DNA of 63,281 nucleotides, filler included, from Octopus bimaculoides (taxonomy: Eukaryota): assembly GCF_001194135.2 (NCBI RefSeq). It is 5 parts of 5 records of this genome, joined end to end, with 100 filler letters (N's around TTAATTAATTAA, not from the genome) between each part and the next. Parts side by side here need not be neighbours in the genome. Positions count along the whole stretch, not along the records: positions 31,000 to 49,926 come from NC_068988.1; positions 50,027 to 53,593 come from NW_026422516.1; 3 more parts are not named here. The stretch is one strand, 5' to 3'. Below, in pieces: positions 38,340 through 50,509 of this stretch. The translations under genes were made by a program, and so were the position numbers. Position 1 is the stretch's first letter. Each line of letters starts with the position of its first letter. The notes under the pieces are model-generated. The model searched no databases and was not told the origin of the DNA. It worked only from the letters and a program-made list of their open reading frames with translations.

Positions 38340-40190
38340 CTTCTACTTTACAGCAGATATGTAGATGACATTAATATCATAGTTAGGACCAACTCAAGTG
38401 ACGGTCGTGTAGAAACCTAAAGGAACGTAATGGAGAGCATCCTGCAAATAGCTAACTCTATCCACCAAAGTATCAAGGTAACTGTAGATTACCCAACTAA
38501 ACACCCCAACAATAGGCTCCCTGTACTTGATACTGAACTTTGGTTAGAGACTGTGAACAATAGAGTGCAGCTCCTCCACTCATATTATATGAAACCCATA
38601 GCTTCAAAATATGTTGTTCCCAAGAACTCAGCTTTGTCACACAACATGAAAATTAACATACTGATACCAGACATAGGATAATGAACAACATCTCCCCACT
38701 ATGCGAACCCTATGAAACGAAAAAACATATACAGAACTTCATGCACCGCATGCAGTTCTCTGGATATGATCAGAAAGATAGGGTTGGAGTATACAGGGGA
38801 GCTAGAAAGAGGTTAGATAATATTATACGTAATGATACCAGTGGTAACTGCCCTAGATATAGAAACAAAGAATGGAATAGGATACAAAGAATTTGTGACA
38901 AAGCCAACAGGGCGAACACGTGGTATAAAACCGACAGATATCAAGGAGTGATGTTTGTAGAGGCCACAGCCCATAGAGAACTAGCGCGTAGGTTTAGAAA
39001 AGCTCTGAAGGAGTCCAAACTCAACATTAAGATTGTTGAAAAGCCAGGGAACCCCATCAGATCACAACTATGTAGGACGTACCCCTTTGAGAATACCATA
39101 TGTACCAATCATAACTGCATGGTATGTAGGATTAGCCCTGGCATTAACTGCAGAAATAGAAATGTAGTTTACAGCATAAAATGCATGGAAGGTGCTTGTA
39201 AAGACCTGAATATGACATACACAGGGGAAACATCTAGGAGCATTGCGGAATGACTAAACGAACATCTGAGACAATATGACGACAAAAAACAGTCCTCCAT
39301 ACTCTACCAACATGCCAAAGACCAGCATGGAGGCAACTTGGGTCAACTTGACATCCGCATCTTATCCAAGCACCCAAAAGACCCAACTCTAAGACAGATA
39401 AGGGAGTATGTCCTTATAAATGAAAGTTCCCCAATACTAAATAGGAAATATACATAGATATCATACCCCCATACCCACATTTTACACAGGTAGAGTAGAA
39501 CAGTTAATGGGCCTTTATGCAGATAGATGTATGTATGTCTGTGTGTGTGGGTGTAAGTGTGTGTGTGTATGCATGCGCATGTATGTATATGTAAACAAAC
39601 AGGTCTACATACAGACGGGTAGGTACATAGGGTATATGAACAGATAGCCACATACGCAGAGACTGAAACACATGACCACATATACACACACACTTTACTT
39701 CACACAAAGACACATGTCCACACATATGGAGATATGCACCCATACATACAAACATAGTACATAGCAGCAAAACACACACACACACACACAAGGAGACAGA
39801 GGTACATACATACATATACACACATGCACACACATACATAAAAAAACACACAAACACAGGAATATGCAGAATACATGCAAACTCACGCACATACATACAT
39901 ATATGCATACACACACATACATACATATATACATATGCACACACACAGACATACATATACACACATGCACACATACATGCATGCATACATACACACACAT
40001 GCGCAAAAACAAACAAAAGCAAAAAAGAACGCAGCGTAAATAACGGACAGTCAAGACTATTGATAAGGTTGCAAGACGCAACGAAAATTTTAGGAAAATA
40101 AAAAGAAAAATAAGTGGAAATTTTACCGGTGCGTGTGTTAAATTTTAAGGCACAATAAGAAAATGACTCTCCCCAGACACAACAGAATAT
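38340..40190 (+). mobile_element. Penelope-like element (RT C-half, Cys linker, GIY-YIG) with a long microsatellite-rich 3' extension
   Basis: LYSRYVDDINI; DYPTKHPNNRLPVLD; CTNHNCMVC...CRNRNVVYSIKC...YTGETSRS. The 3' part (39480-40190) is shared with the second copy. Confidence 0.92.
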
Positions 40191-40242
40191 GCTTCAACAC
40201 ACAAAATCACATAAAAAATCTTGCAAGCCAAATCCCAAAACG

Positions 40243-40290
<48 letters not shown>

Positions 40291-40299
40291 GTATATGTG

Positions 40300-40880
40300 A
40301 TTTTTTGCATATGTTCACCTAGAAACTTCATTTGGAGAATTCCTGAAATGCTTTACAAATTTTCACTATACCTGTAATTGATTGCCTGTTCTGTTCTTGT
40401 CTGGAGAACCTAGGTTTTTATGGTGATTTGTTGTTACCTGGCTCAGTGCTTCTGTGGTAACAGGAACAAATGAAAATCTATAACCTGGATATATATGTAG
40501 GTTTCTTATCAGTTCCTCCACAGATGATCTCCTTTTTGCAGTTTTTGAAAAGGCATTTAGATCCTTTTGGCTACTGATATTTACAACAGGGTGGATGTTT
40601 AGAAGCATATCTTTTGTTGATCAGATATTTAATATCTATCCTTTGTTCTTGGATAGTAAAAGCATGGACTTCCAGGCAAGAAGTTATAATCCACTTTGTA
40701 CTTAATGATAGTATCTGGTTGTCCAATACTCTTCCTGAATCCTTCAGTATTTGTCTAGAGAGAGGTTTTTAGATATTTCTTCTCACTATGCTCAATCTCT
40801 GCTGCTCCCATCTATTGGAGAAAAGTAATTGCAGCACAATGTGGCAGACAATTCAATGTCCAAAAAAGATAGTCCATCTT
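40300..40880 (-). mobile_element. R4/Dong-like LINE 3' fragment
   Basis: AFTIQEQRIDIKYLINKR, a deletion, then ELIRNLHIYPGYRFSFVPVTTEAL...TGIVKICKAF. Confidence 0.75.
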
Positions 40881-40884
40881 TTGG

Positions 40885-41340
40885 ACAACCCATCTTAAGA
40901 AGGACACCAAAACAGGTGTTGTATGGTTAGAAAATATCCCCAGTCAAGCCCTGCAAACATTTGAAAAACAATCTTAAAGACACACATAAAAAGATCAAAA
41001 TCATTACTAACACCTGGGAAGATCTTGCATCAAACAGGGAGCTCTGATGGAATCTGATTGTTATTGATGCTAAAGAATTTGAGAATAACAGGGTTGCACA
41101 CACTGAGTAGAAACATGCTGGTAAATATATGGAGGGTGAGTACCCTCTCTCTGAGAGTCTCATGGCCAGTGTGGTCATGTCTGCTTTCCAAAGGCATGCC
41201 TACTCAGCCACAACCATAGCCATGGAAGCACCTCTCATTTACCAATGTGATATCCAGAATGTTCTCTCATGCAGCTTGTAAAATGACTTGTGGGTCTCTT
41301 GCAGGGCCTAGAAGCCACATGAGACATCATCACAATGAGG
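40885..41340 (+). mobile_element. RTE-like LINE 3' fragment
   Basis: RTPKQVLYG; TWEDLASNREL*W; EFENNRVAH; terminal C..CGHVCF zinc-finger-like remnant. Confidence 0.65.
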
Positions 41341-41789
41341 TGACCTAATATGAGATGTTTCTTAGAGTGAAACGGGTTTAAGAAGTGGTAATGAGTTTAC
41401 TTCCACCATTTATGAATGTACGTATGTCTGCATGTATGTATACTTGTATGTATGTAAGTACTTACATATGTAAATATGTATGTGTGCATGTATGTATGTA
41501 TGAATGTGTATATGTATGTTTTACTTCTTTTTAAAATTTATTAGGATTCGTTCTAGGAGGAGGAAGCTGGTTTCTAACAACAAAACAAAAAGTTTCATCG
41601 CTTGAATACACTTTTACTTCAATCTGTGTTCCTGTATATTTATGCTATTTTTCATTCTGTTCATCTTTAAACGCAGCTGGGCTGGGCAAGAGGAAGACAG
41701 TCCATTTTCCAGTGGAGCTATAGATTAGGTGTTTTATATTTCATGGGGAAAGGAACGGGTTATGGAAGTGAGGTGGGGGTGGAAAATGC

Positions 41790-43915
41790 AAACAAAAATT
41801 GAAACTTTTGGAAAACCATATTTTGCATTCTGTTGTGCCTGGGGAGAGGCATTCCCTTTTAGTGCCTTATAATTTAACACACTCACCGGTAAAATTTCCA
41901 CTCATTTACTTACTTATTTTTCTAAAATTTTCGTTGCGTTTTGCAACCTTTCCAATAGTTGTTGACACTGTCCGTTATTCTAGCTGCATTTTTTTTGTTT
42001 GTTTGTGCGTATGTGTGTGGGTCAGTATGTGTGCGCATACATATGTATGTATGCATGCATGTAAGTAAGTGTGTGCATGCATGTATGTATGTGTGTGTGT
42101 GTGTATGTATATATGTATGTATGTGTGTATGTTTGTATGTATTCTGTATATTCATGTGTGTGTGTGTGTGTTTTTATGTGTGTATGTGTGTGTGTGTGTG
42201 TGCATGTATGTGTGTGTACCTTTGTCTCCTTATTTGTGCATGTCTGAGTGTGTCTGTGTGTGTGTGTGTGTGTGTATGGGTTTTGTGTCTGTATGTATGG
42301 ATGTGTACCTCCATATGTGTCCTTGTTTGAAGTGAAGTGTGTGCGTATATGGTCATGTGTTTCAGTCTTCATTTGCATATGTGTATATATGCGTGCTTGT
42401 CTGTTCATATTACCTGTGTACCTATCCGTCTGTATGTCTAGCTGTTTACTTTCATATCCATTTGCCTACATATGTTGGAGCCTGGTGTTGCCATCCGGTT
42501 TCACCAGTTCTCAGTCAAATCGTCCAACCCATGCTAGCGTGGAAAGCGGACGTTAAACGATGATGATGATGATGTGTGCATATACATATACACACATACA
42601 TACAATCATCTACATAACAGCCCACTAACTATTCTACCTGTATATTAATATAAACTGTAGGTATGGGGGTATGATTATCTACTACGTATATTTCCTATTT
42701 AGTACTGGAGATGTTTCATTTATGAGGACGTACTCCTGTATTTGTTTGAGTGTTGGGTCCTTTGGGTGCTTGGATAAAATGTGAAGGCAAGTTCACCCAG
42801 GTTGCCTCCATGTTGGTCCTTGGCATGTTGACAGGGTGTGGAGTACTGTTTTTTATCATCATATTGTCTCATATGTTCATTTAGTCTTTCCGCAATGCTC
42901 CTAGATGTCTCCCCTATGTATGTCATGTTCATGTCTTTACAAGCACTTTCTATGCATCTTATGTTGTAGACTACATTTCTAGTTCTACAGTTAATGCCAG
43001 GATTAATCCTACATACCATGCAGTTATGATTGGTGCATATGGTATTCTCAAAGGAGCATGTCCTACATAGTTGTGATCTGATGAAGTTCCCTGGCTTTTC
43101 AACAATCTTAATGTTGAGTTTGATCTCCTCCAGAGCTTTCCTAAATTTATGGGCTAGTTCTCCATGGGCTGTGGCCTCTACAAACATCACTCCTTGATAT
43201 TTTTCGGTTTTATACCACGTGTTCACCGGTTGCTTTGTCACAAGTTCTTTGTATTCTATTCCCATCTTTACTTCTATACCTAGGACAGGTACCACTGGTT
43301 TCATTACATATAATGCTATCTAACTTCTTTCTAGCACCCCTATCTTTCTGATCACATCCAGAGAACTGCATGTGGTGCATGAAGTTCTGTACATGTTTCT
43401 TCGTTTCATTGGGTTTGCATAGTAGGAACACGTTGTTCATTATCCTAACCAAGTCTGCTACCATTATATTAATTTTCATGTTGTGTGACAAAGCTGAGTA
43501 TGGGTTTCATGTAATAGGAGTGGAGGAGCTGCACTCTGTTGTTCACAGTCTCTAACCAAAGTTCAGTATCAAAGACAGGGAGTCTATTGTTGACGTGCCT
43601 AGTGGGGTAATCTATAGTTACCTTGATACTTTGGTGGATGGAGTTAGCTACTTGCTGGATGCTCTCCATTATGTTCCTCTCAGTTTCTTCATTACCGTTA
43701 CTAGAATTGGTCTTAACTAGGATATTAATGTCATCTACATACCTACTGTAAAGTAGAAGAGGTGTGGACTGTTCTGCTAAGGATTGCTTAATTTTTCTGT
43801 CCCACCAGGTCATGAAGAGCCTGGCCACATCTCCAGCTACACCGACACCAATGGCTGCACCTTGAACTTGCATGTATAGCTTCTTGTTAAACTTTACTAT
43901 ATGGTTCTTCAAGGT
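41790..43915 (-). mobile_element. Second copy of the same PLE family, inverted relative to 38340-40190
   Basis: YMQVQGAAIGVGVAGDVARLFM, LYSRYVDDINI, CRTRNVVYNIRC...YIGETSRSIAERLNEH. A short deletion after ATGAAACCCATA shifts the frame. Confidence 0.92.
42472..42575 (+). mobile_element. 3' end of an RTE-related SINE/LINE with (GAT)n tail, inserted in the PLE tail
   Basis: GGAGCCTGGTGTTGCCATCCGGTTTCACCAG...GGACGTTAAACGATGATGATG; reverse-complement match to 49693-49790 and absent from the other PLE copy. Confidence 0.8.
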
Positions 43916-44763
43916 GGTTCTTACAATTTTTTTTATTTACAAAACTGTAATTTCTGCAACTAAAAAGTATAAAAATTGCTTTTTCCTTCCCTTTAAGATA
44001 CGGGGAACTTAATTTGAAACTCCACCCCTTCTTCTTTTCTCCCCACAAATTCTCTTTAAATAAATGTAAATAAAGGCTTTCTTGTGCTATCAGTCAGTCA
44101 AACAAACCCAATATGATTAAGTAAACTATTATTACCCGACATCAGGTTTAATATCCAAATAATCTTGTTGGTGTGTTCTTGGAGTGAAATAAATACAGCG
44201 AGAACCACGGACAACAGTCTTTGATGTAATTTCATTCATGGCCTTTAGAATCAGGGACCTTTGTGCTGTATCTAAAGGAAAAATAACAAAGAAGTATTTA
44301 AAGTTGTCAAATCATTAATTCAATAATTACATAATTAAAACTTATCTATTTTTGATAGAGTCTAATTTATTATTTTTAAATCACCTATGTATTAGCAGTA
44401 TACCATTTAATTGCAATGATATACAACCTATTTATAATTTTTTTTAGTCAACTCGTGTCACAATGATTGTCACTAATACATTTATAAAATATGTTTGTGG
44501 ATAGAAAAAGAGGAGCAGCAGTACATGAATTCTTTGATTCTTGTTGGAGTCAGAAACTGTTTACTTTTCTCAACTATTCACAAATACACTGCTTATAAAC
44601 CATCTGATATTAGTGGCTCAAGTTAACTGGTTAAATAAATTTCTACGTTAACTGAGCAAATCAGTTTTCGAGGTAGCTAGTTAGAATAATTAATTACTGG
44701 TGTGTTAACAGTGTTTCATTTCATTGATATAATGTATACTCTAGAGCATATTTATAGGTTTAA

Positions 44764-44840
44764 TAGCCTACACTATGTGTTACAATGAATGTAATGTCTA
44801 TGTAATGCTTACATTCATTGTAACACACTGATTTTGGCTA
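44764..44840. other. Perfect 19-bp hairpin with 14-nt loop and a lower stem
   Basis: TGTGTTACAATGAATGTAA (44776-44794) and TTACATTCATTGTAACACA (44809-44827); outer TAGCC/GGCTA pairing. Confidence 0.85.
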
Positions 44841-45489
44841 ATTAGTCTATAGATATATTTCCCTAGTACATTACATCAATTAAGGTTGGCAGTTCTTATC
44901 TGTCTAGTGGCCTTGGCAAAAGAGATTTTGTGGGGACAAAAGTGAAAGGACTTAAGACTTCCTCTTTGGTCAAGCCTTCATCAATTTTTACAAGTTTCAT
45001 TTAAAAAGAAAATTAATGGAAGAGAAGGAAGTGTCACTCTCTAGAAAATTTGTTGATAGATGGATGACAGCAGTGAACATGGTCTGAGTAAACAAGCCTG
45101 CTCTGAGCATGCACATTTAGACTTGGAGGAGGACAACTTAAAGAGTATCCCGGCCTCAGTAATTACAGTAACTCTACATTTTTGGGAGTTTCAAGGATAG
45201 CCCTTGGCAGTCTCCCCAACATTAAAAAATATGTCTATGTTTGAATTTTTGTTTATTTCCCTTTTTACAGGCTTTTTCTGTACGGCATCATCATGTACTG
45301 TCCTCGATGTTTTTGTTAGTCATTGTAGTAAATAAAACTTTTAACTCTAGTTTTATTGGAACTCCTGGAATCTAACATGAATAACAGGCTTGCTACCTAC
45401 TGCCTGTGATAGCTGGCTATTTGTTGCCTTCAACTACCTAATATTTTTTTGATGATTCTGGTTGTGCTATGGAGGCAAACTTTTGTACT

Positions 45490-45930
45490 GGACACTATTT
45501 CCATTTTGTCTGTCTTTATGTTCTGAGTTCAAATTCCATCAGGGCTAACTTTGCCTTTCATCTTTTGTGGATCGATGAAACAAGTATCAGTTTAGCACGG
45601 GTGTTGATGAAAAGTGACTAGCACCCTTCACCCCAAATTTCAGGCCTTATGCTTACAGCAGAAAGAATTATTATTGTTATTATGATTGACTGTCCCCTCC
45701 CCTCAAAATTACTGGCCTTGTGTCAAGGCAGAATCATTACCAAACCAGACAAAATGCTTAGCAGAGTTCTGGTTTTAAGTTCTGAGTTCAACTACTGCCA
45801 AGGTTGACTTTGCCTTTCATACTTTCAGGGTCGATAAAATAAGTACCAGTCAAGTATTGGGGTCAATGTAATTGATTTTCCCTCTCCTCAAATATTGCTG
45901 CCAAAATTAGAAATCATCATCATTTTCATT
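45490..45930 (+). mobile_element. Two tandem degenerate core-SINE copies
   Basis: TTCTGAGTTCAAATTCC...TTTGCCTTTCATC and GGTTGACTTTGCCTTTCATACTTTCAGGGTCGATAAAATAAGTACCAG. Confidence 0.75.
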
Positions 45931-45934
45931 ATTA

Positions 45935-47675
45935 TCTTCTTTCTGTTTCCATTTCTTGCCCAGTGTTTTCCTGGCACCTAGGCCAGACAAACGCACTATA
46001 TACATAGGTAGGCCATTAAAGTAAACATACCAGATTTTTCATTTATAAAGTTATGTGATAGAGAAAAAGGGGAAGAAAGACAGAGAGAAAAAGGAAAAAA
46101 AAAAGTAAGCAAAGAAAATAAAGGCAAAAAAAAAAAGGAAAGAAAATTCACTGCAACAATGCTCTTCTGAGTACGTGTGATGTACCAGTTAGGACAATCT
46201 TTTATACTTCCTGCATGGATGGTAAGCCAGGGATAAATCTTAAATAATTTTCAGTTCCTTTTTTGATCATCCCCAGTGCTCCTACAATCACTAGTATTGT
46301 AACTGTCCTGAGATGCCACATCTTTGCGATGTTGATCAGCAAGTCTTTATATTTTCTGAACCAGTTAAATTCTTTTGCCAAGATATTATGGTCACAGGGT
46401 GTGTTCATATCAATCAATAAACAGACTTTATTATTTTGGTCTTTCACAACGCTATCTGGTTTATTTGCTTTGATGGTCCATTCTGTACATACACTGACGA
46501 GTGTGCTTCTGGTCTACATCAGCTTGTTTTCTACGGGCCACATATTTGCCATGTAGAGGTTTTCAATCTCATCTATCAGCCAATTGTTCCAACGCATCTT
46601 TTTGCTATTGATTTCACTTTCTTTGCATTTACAGTTACCGCACTCCCGCCATGCTGTTCAACCTGGGTATTATGCATGAACTCACTCACTAGTAAATTTT
46701 TGCTCTCCTTCATGACAGAATGAAGACTCTTACGTCTTTCGTTGTTTTCAACGAGCTTTAGCATCCAGTCGTTAGATGTTTCAAGAAATTTTGCCAGTCC
46801 AATTGTGATGGTTTTGTAAAAGACTTCAAATTGGATCAAGCTTCGACCTCCTTGAGCTCTGGGTAGATAAAGACGATCTATGAATGCCTTTGGATGATGT
46901 ATCTTATTGCAAGTCAGCAGCTTACTGATTTTCCTGTCAACCTTCCTTATTTCGCTCATATTCCAGTTAAACACATTGAAACTGTAAATAACAACCGGAA
47001 CTGCTAAGGAATTTATAGTTAAAACCTTGTTACGTGCATTTAACTCGGATTTCAGGACTGCTCGAACTCTCCTGTAACATTACTTCCCGATCTTCTCTTT
47101 CATGCTTGCATGCTGAATGCCAGAGCCCTCATTTATTCCGAGGTATTTTAAAGTTTGTTCCTGCTCGAGTTCTTTTATGATTATGTCAACATCCAACACC
47201 ACTGAATGTGAAGTCTTGAATTTCCCTTTCTGAAAAGTGTCCTTGACACATTTATCAAGACCAAATTCCATCCCGATGTCATCACTAAATGCTTTCATAG
47301 TTTGTAGTAGTCCTTGAAGCTCATTGTCTTTGCCATGGAGTTTTAAATCATCCATGTAAAATAGATGACTTATTTTCTTGTCGCCAATTTTATACCCATA
47401 CTCTGTTTTGTTAAGTTCAATTGTAAGGGCTATTAGGGCTATGCAAAAAATTAAAGGTGAAAGTGAGTCACCTTGGAAAATGCTGCAGTTGATATTAATA
47501 TTTTTGTGGCCAGTACTCCATTAAAGTTGTATAATTGGAGATTATACACTGATATTCCACACTGATATGTTATGCTTCAGGAAGTTTTAAATCACAGGAG
47601 AAATTTTGAAGATATCCAGCGATTTCAAGATCGCAGTATGCTGTCAAAGGCCATTTTATAATCAATCCATGTGGA
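45935..47675 (-). mobile_element. R4/Dong-like LINE, 5'-truncated, (AAT/GAT)n-tailed subfamily
   Basis: IFQGDSLSPLIFCIAL; HLFYMDDLKL; FGLDKC; HHPKAFIDRLYLPRAQGGRSL; CLLIDMNTPCDHNI..KYKDL..MWHL..VIVGALG; TGTSHVLRRAL. Confidence 0.9.
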
Positions 47676-48421
47676 ACTGAGATTTCTAACTTTTCGTGTG
47701 CGCACGGGAACGTTGCGAATCAGAAATTTGGCACCCTATTATCTTCATTTCTATCATAGAGTCCCTATTATCTTCTGTAAATGTGTAGTCTTCAAAGTAC
47801 GCTTCAAATCACCTCGCTCAAGTCATGCCCACGATGCATTCTCATTTCAAGGTCGTCGTCGTCTTCTTCTTCTTCACCACTTATTTAAGGGGATGGCTAG
47901 CAATATCAGTAAATCAATGGATAAAATATCTTCTAGTATGTAGTTATGTTCCTTCTTGTTCTCAGTTCAAATTCTGTTTAGTTTCACTTTTCCTTTCCTA
48001 CCACCCTAGGTTTGGGAGAGGGGGTTGGTGTTTGAATAAAGTACCAGTCATATATTGAGGTTGACATAACTCACTATGCCCAGTCTTTGCCTAAATATGT
48101 CAATGTTAGGAAATATTAGTTTCTACGTTGGCCTCACAAGGAATAAAAATTGAAGATTGTTGCAGAAGGGGATGAATTTCTGTTCTAGAGAATGTAGAAC
48201 ATAGAGGAGATGAAGAGGGGAAGTAGGGGGAAAGATAACGTGGCTGATAATGATGGCGGTGATGATGATGATGTAGAAGATAAAACTTACTGTAGGATTT
48301 GTGTAGAGTGTAAGGTATGATACCAATGGGCCACCGCTGGAACTTGTCACTGAGTACACCACGTTTCTGGAGAATTGGAATGGTAAAAGAACGATGAGAA
48401 ATAACAACAACAATATCATAA

Positions 48422-49255
48422 GTGTTTTATTAATCACCATTGGGTTTCCCGTGAGGAAACCATCTTTTTGGAGGAGTGGCCCTACTTTGCGATGAACAAA
48501 GGCAGTTTCTTTGGCATACTTAAAGAAGGCTTTAGGGTTTGATTTTATATTTTTTATATCCCAGGCTTCTTTGCCTGTCTTTCTTGTTCATGGGAGCATT
48601 TCAGATGTTGCTCAGTCTTCAGCAGTGTTATTTTCAGATGGAATTTTCCACTACCGTTGCATTCTCTGTTGAGGTGGTTTGCAATCTTCATACAAACTTT
48701 TCTTTCCCTTGGAATCTTCTTACATGCAGTGGCCTTTCTCTCTAGGACAATCTTGTGGTATATAGCTTGCATTATAGAATAAATTCTTTGATTTCATATC
48801 AGTGTCAGGAGCAGAGAGACATTGGGGCTAGTCCTGTTTGATGATCTTTTTCTCAACTGATTTCTTGTCTGCTTTATGAAAGTTCAACTTGGATAGATTT
48901 TGGATGCTTCTCATTGGTTGCATGGCTGCAGGTTCCTGAAGTCCATTCATGGTCAGCTCCATTATATTGCGATCCAAGACAAGCATCAGTGTCATTTTCA
49001 CATTATGGACGAAATCCAGATTGTTTGTGAAGCAGAGATCAAGTATATTGTTTGCTCTGGTTGGTTGGAGTATTAGTTGCTCCACGTATAACTCAGTGAG
49101 ATCAACCAAGGATTCCACGTGACTTTGTTCACTTCTCTTCATTTCTGAGAGGAAAAGGATCTCTCAGGCCATCCTACGTTGGGCAGGTTGAAGTCTTCTA
49201 TGAGAAGTACACTGGTGTAGACTTCTTCAAATAGGCCTGTGTGATTTGGAGCATC
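48422..49255 (-). mobile_element. CR1-like LINE ORF2 endonuclease-to-linker fragment
   Basis: LIEDFNLPNVGW; EQLILQPTRANNILDLCFTNN; NPKAFFKYAKETAFVHRKVGPLLQKDGFLTGNP. Confidence 0.85.
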
Positions 49256-49320
49256 TAGTGTACACACACACACACACATATATACATGAAAAAATATATA
49301 TAATATATATAATATATAGT

Positions 49321-49620
49321 ATATATAATATCCAAAGTGTACAGTATCATATATCCATCACGGGTGATCTTATCAATCGGTTTCGCGTTAGGGGTATAAA
49401 GGAGTGTTAGGTAACAATCCGAGTATATAACCCTACGCTCATCAGAGGTAGCCGATATGGAATGATATATGGTCACCATATTTCATTCCATATCGGCTAC
49501 CTCTGATGAGCGTAGGGTTATTGGATTGTTACCTAAAACTTTGTTGTACCCCTTGCGCGAAACCGACTGATAAGATCAGCTGTGATGAATATATAATACT
49601 GTACACTTCGGATAATATAT
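49321..49620. repeat. About 300-bp spacerless imperfect palindrome, each arm carrying a hammerhead core
   Basis: Centre GGT-C-ACC at 49474; arms about 150 bp. CTGATGA 49503-49509 / GAAA 49559-49562 on +, and the mirror copy at 49445-49381 on -. Confidence 0.85.
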
Positions 49621-49692
49621 CCACTCTATTGACAGATATACGAGTGCATCTTTTTCCTGACTTATGAACTTTTAGACGACTTACGCATATAT

Positions 49693-49926
49693 ATATCATC
49701 ATCGTTTAACGTCCGCTTTCCATGCTAGCATGGGTTGGACGATTTGACTGAGGACTGGTGAAACCGGATGGCAACACCAGGCTCCAGTCTGATTTGGCAG
49801 AGTTTCTACAGCTGGATGCCCTTCCTAACGCCAACCACTCAGAGAGTGTAGTGGGTGCTTTTACGTGTCACCCGCACGAAAACGGCCACGCTCGAAATGG
49901 TGTCTTTTATGTGCCACCCGCACAAG
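49693..49926 (-). mobile_element. RTE-related SINE/LINE 3' end with (GAT)n tail
   Basis: The minus strand has GGTTGGCGTTAGGAAGGGCATCCAGCTGTAGAAAC, typical of RTE 3' UTRs. Confidence 0.75.
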
Positions 49927-50302
49927 NNNNNNNNNNNNNNNNNNNNNNNNNNNNNNNNNNNNNNNNNNNNTTAATTAATTAANNNNNNNNNNNNNNNNNN
50001 NNNNNNNNNNNNNNNNNNNNNNNNNNATATATATATATATATATACATATTTATATATATGTATGTATGAACATACACACACACAAGGGTGAGCACATAA
50101 ATTCAAAACAAGATGAATTGAAATAGTACTCGTGTACCGAAGTGTGTAATATACTCTTTATTGAAGCCCCAAAATAACTTCATAAACTGTTATTCAGAGT
50201 TTCGTATGACTGTTTGTCGAACAGTTACGATCATACAATATTTATATCATCGCAACTGTCCGACGATCGGTGACATGAAACTTTGAGTAACTATTTGTAA
50301 AG

Positions 50303-50345
<43 letters not shown>

Positions 50346-50509
50346 CATTATTATTATAATCAATATCCCCGAGAACTACGTTAAGGGTACACGTGTCTGT
50401 GGAGTGCTCAGCCACTTGCACGTTAATTTCACGAGCAGGCTGTTCCGTTGATCGGATCAACTGGAACTCTCGACGTCGTAAGCGACGGAGTGCCAACAAC
50501 ATATTGAAG

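Noticed and set aside
29285-49255. Idea that the two minus-strand CR1 fragments are one element split by 18 kb of insertions
   Set aside because: Both contain the VGPLLxKDGxxTxNP region with clearly different sequence, so they are separate copies.
50080-50300. Possible Tc1/mariner MITE between TA tracts
   Set aside because: The terminal inverted repeats match too weakly to support a call.
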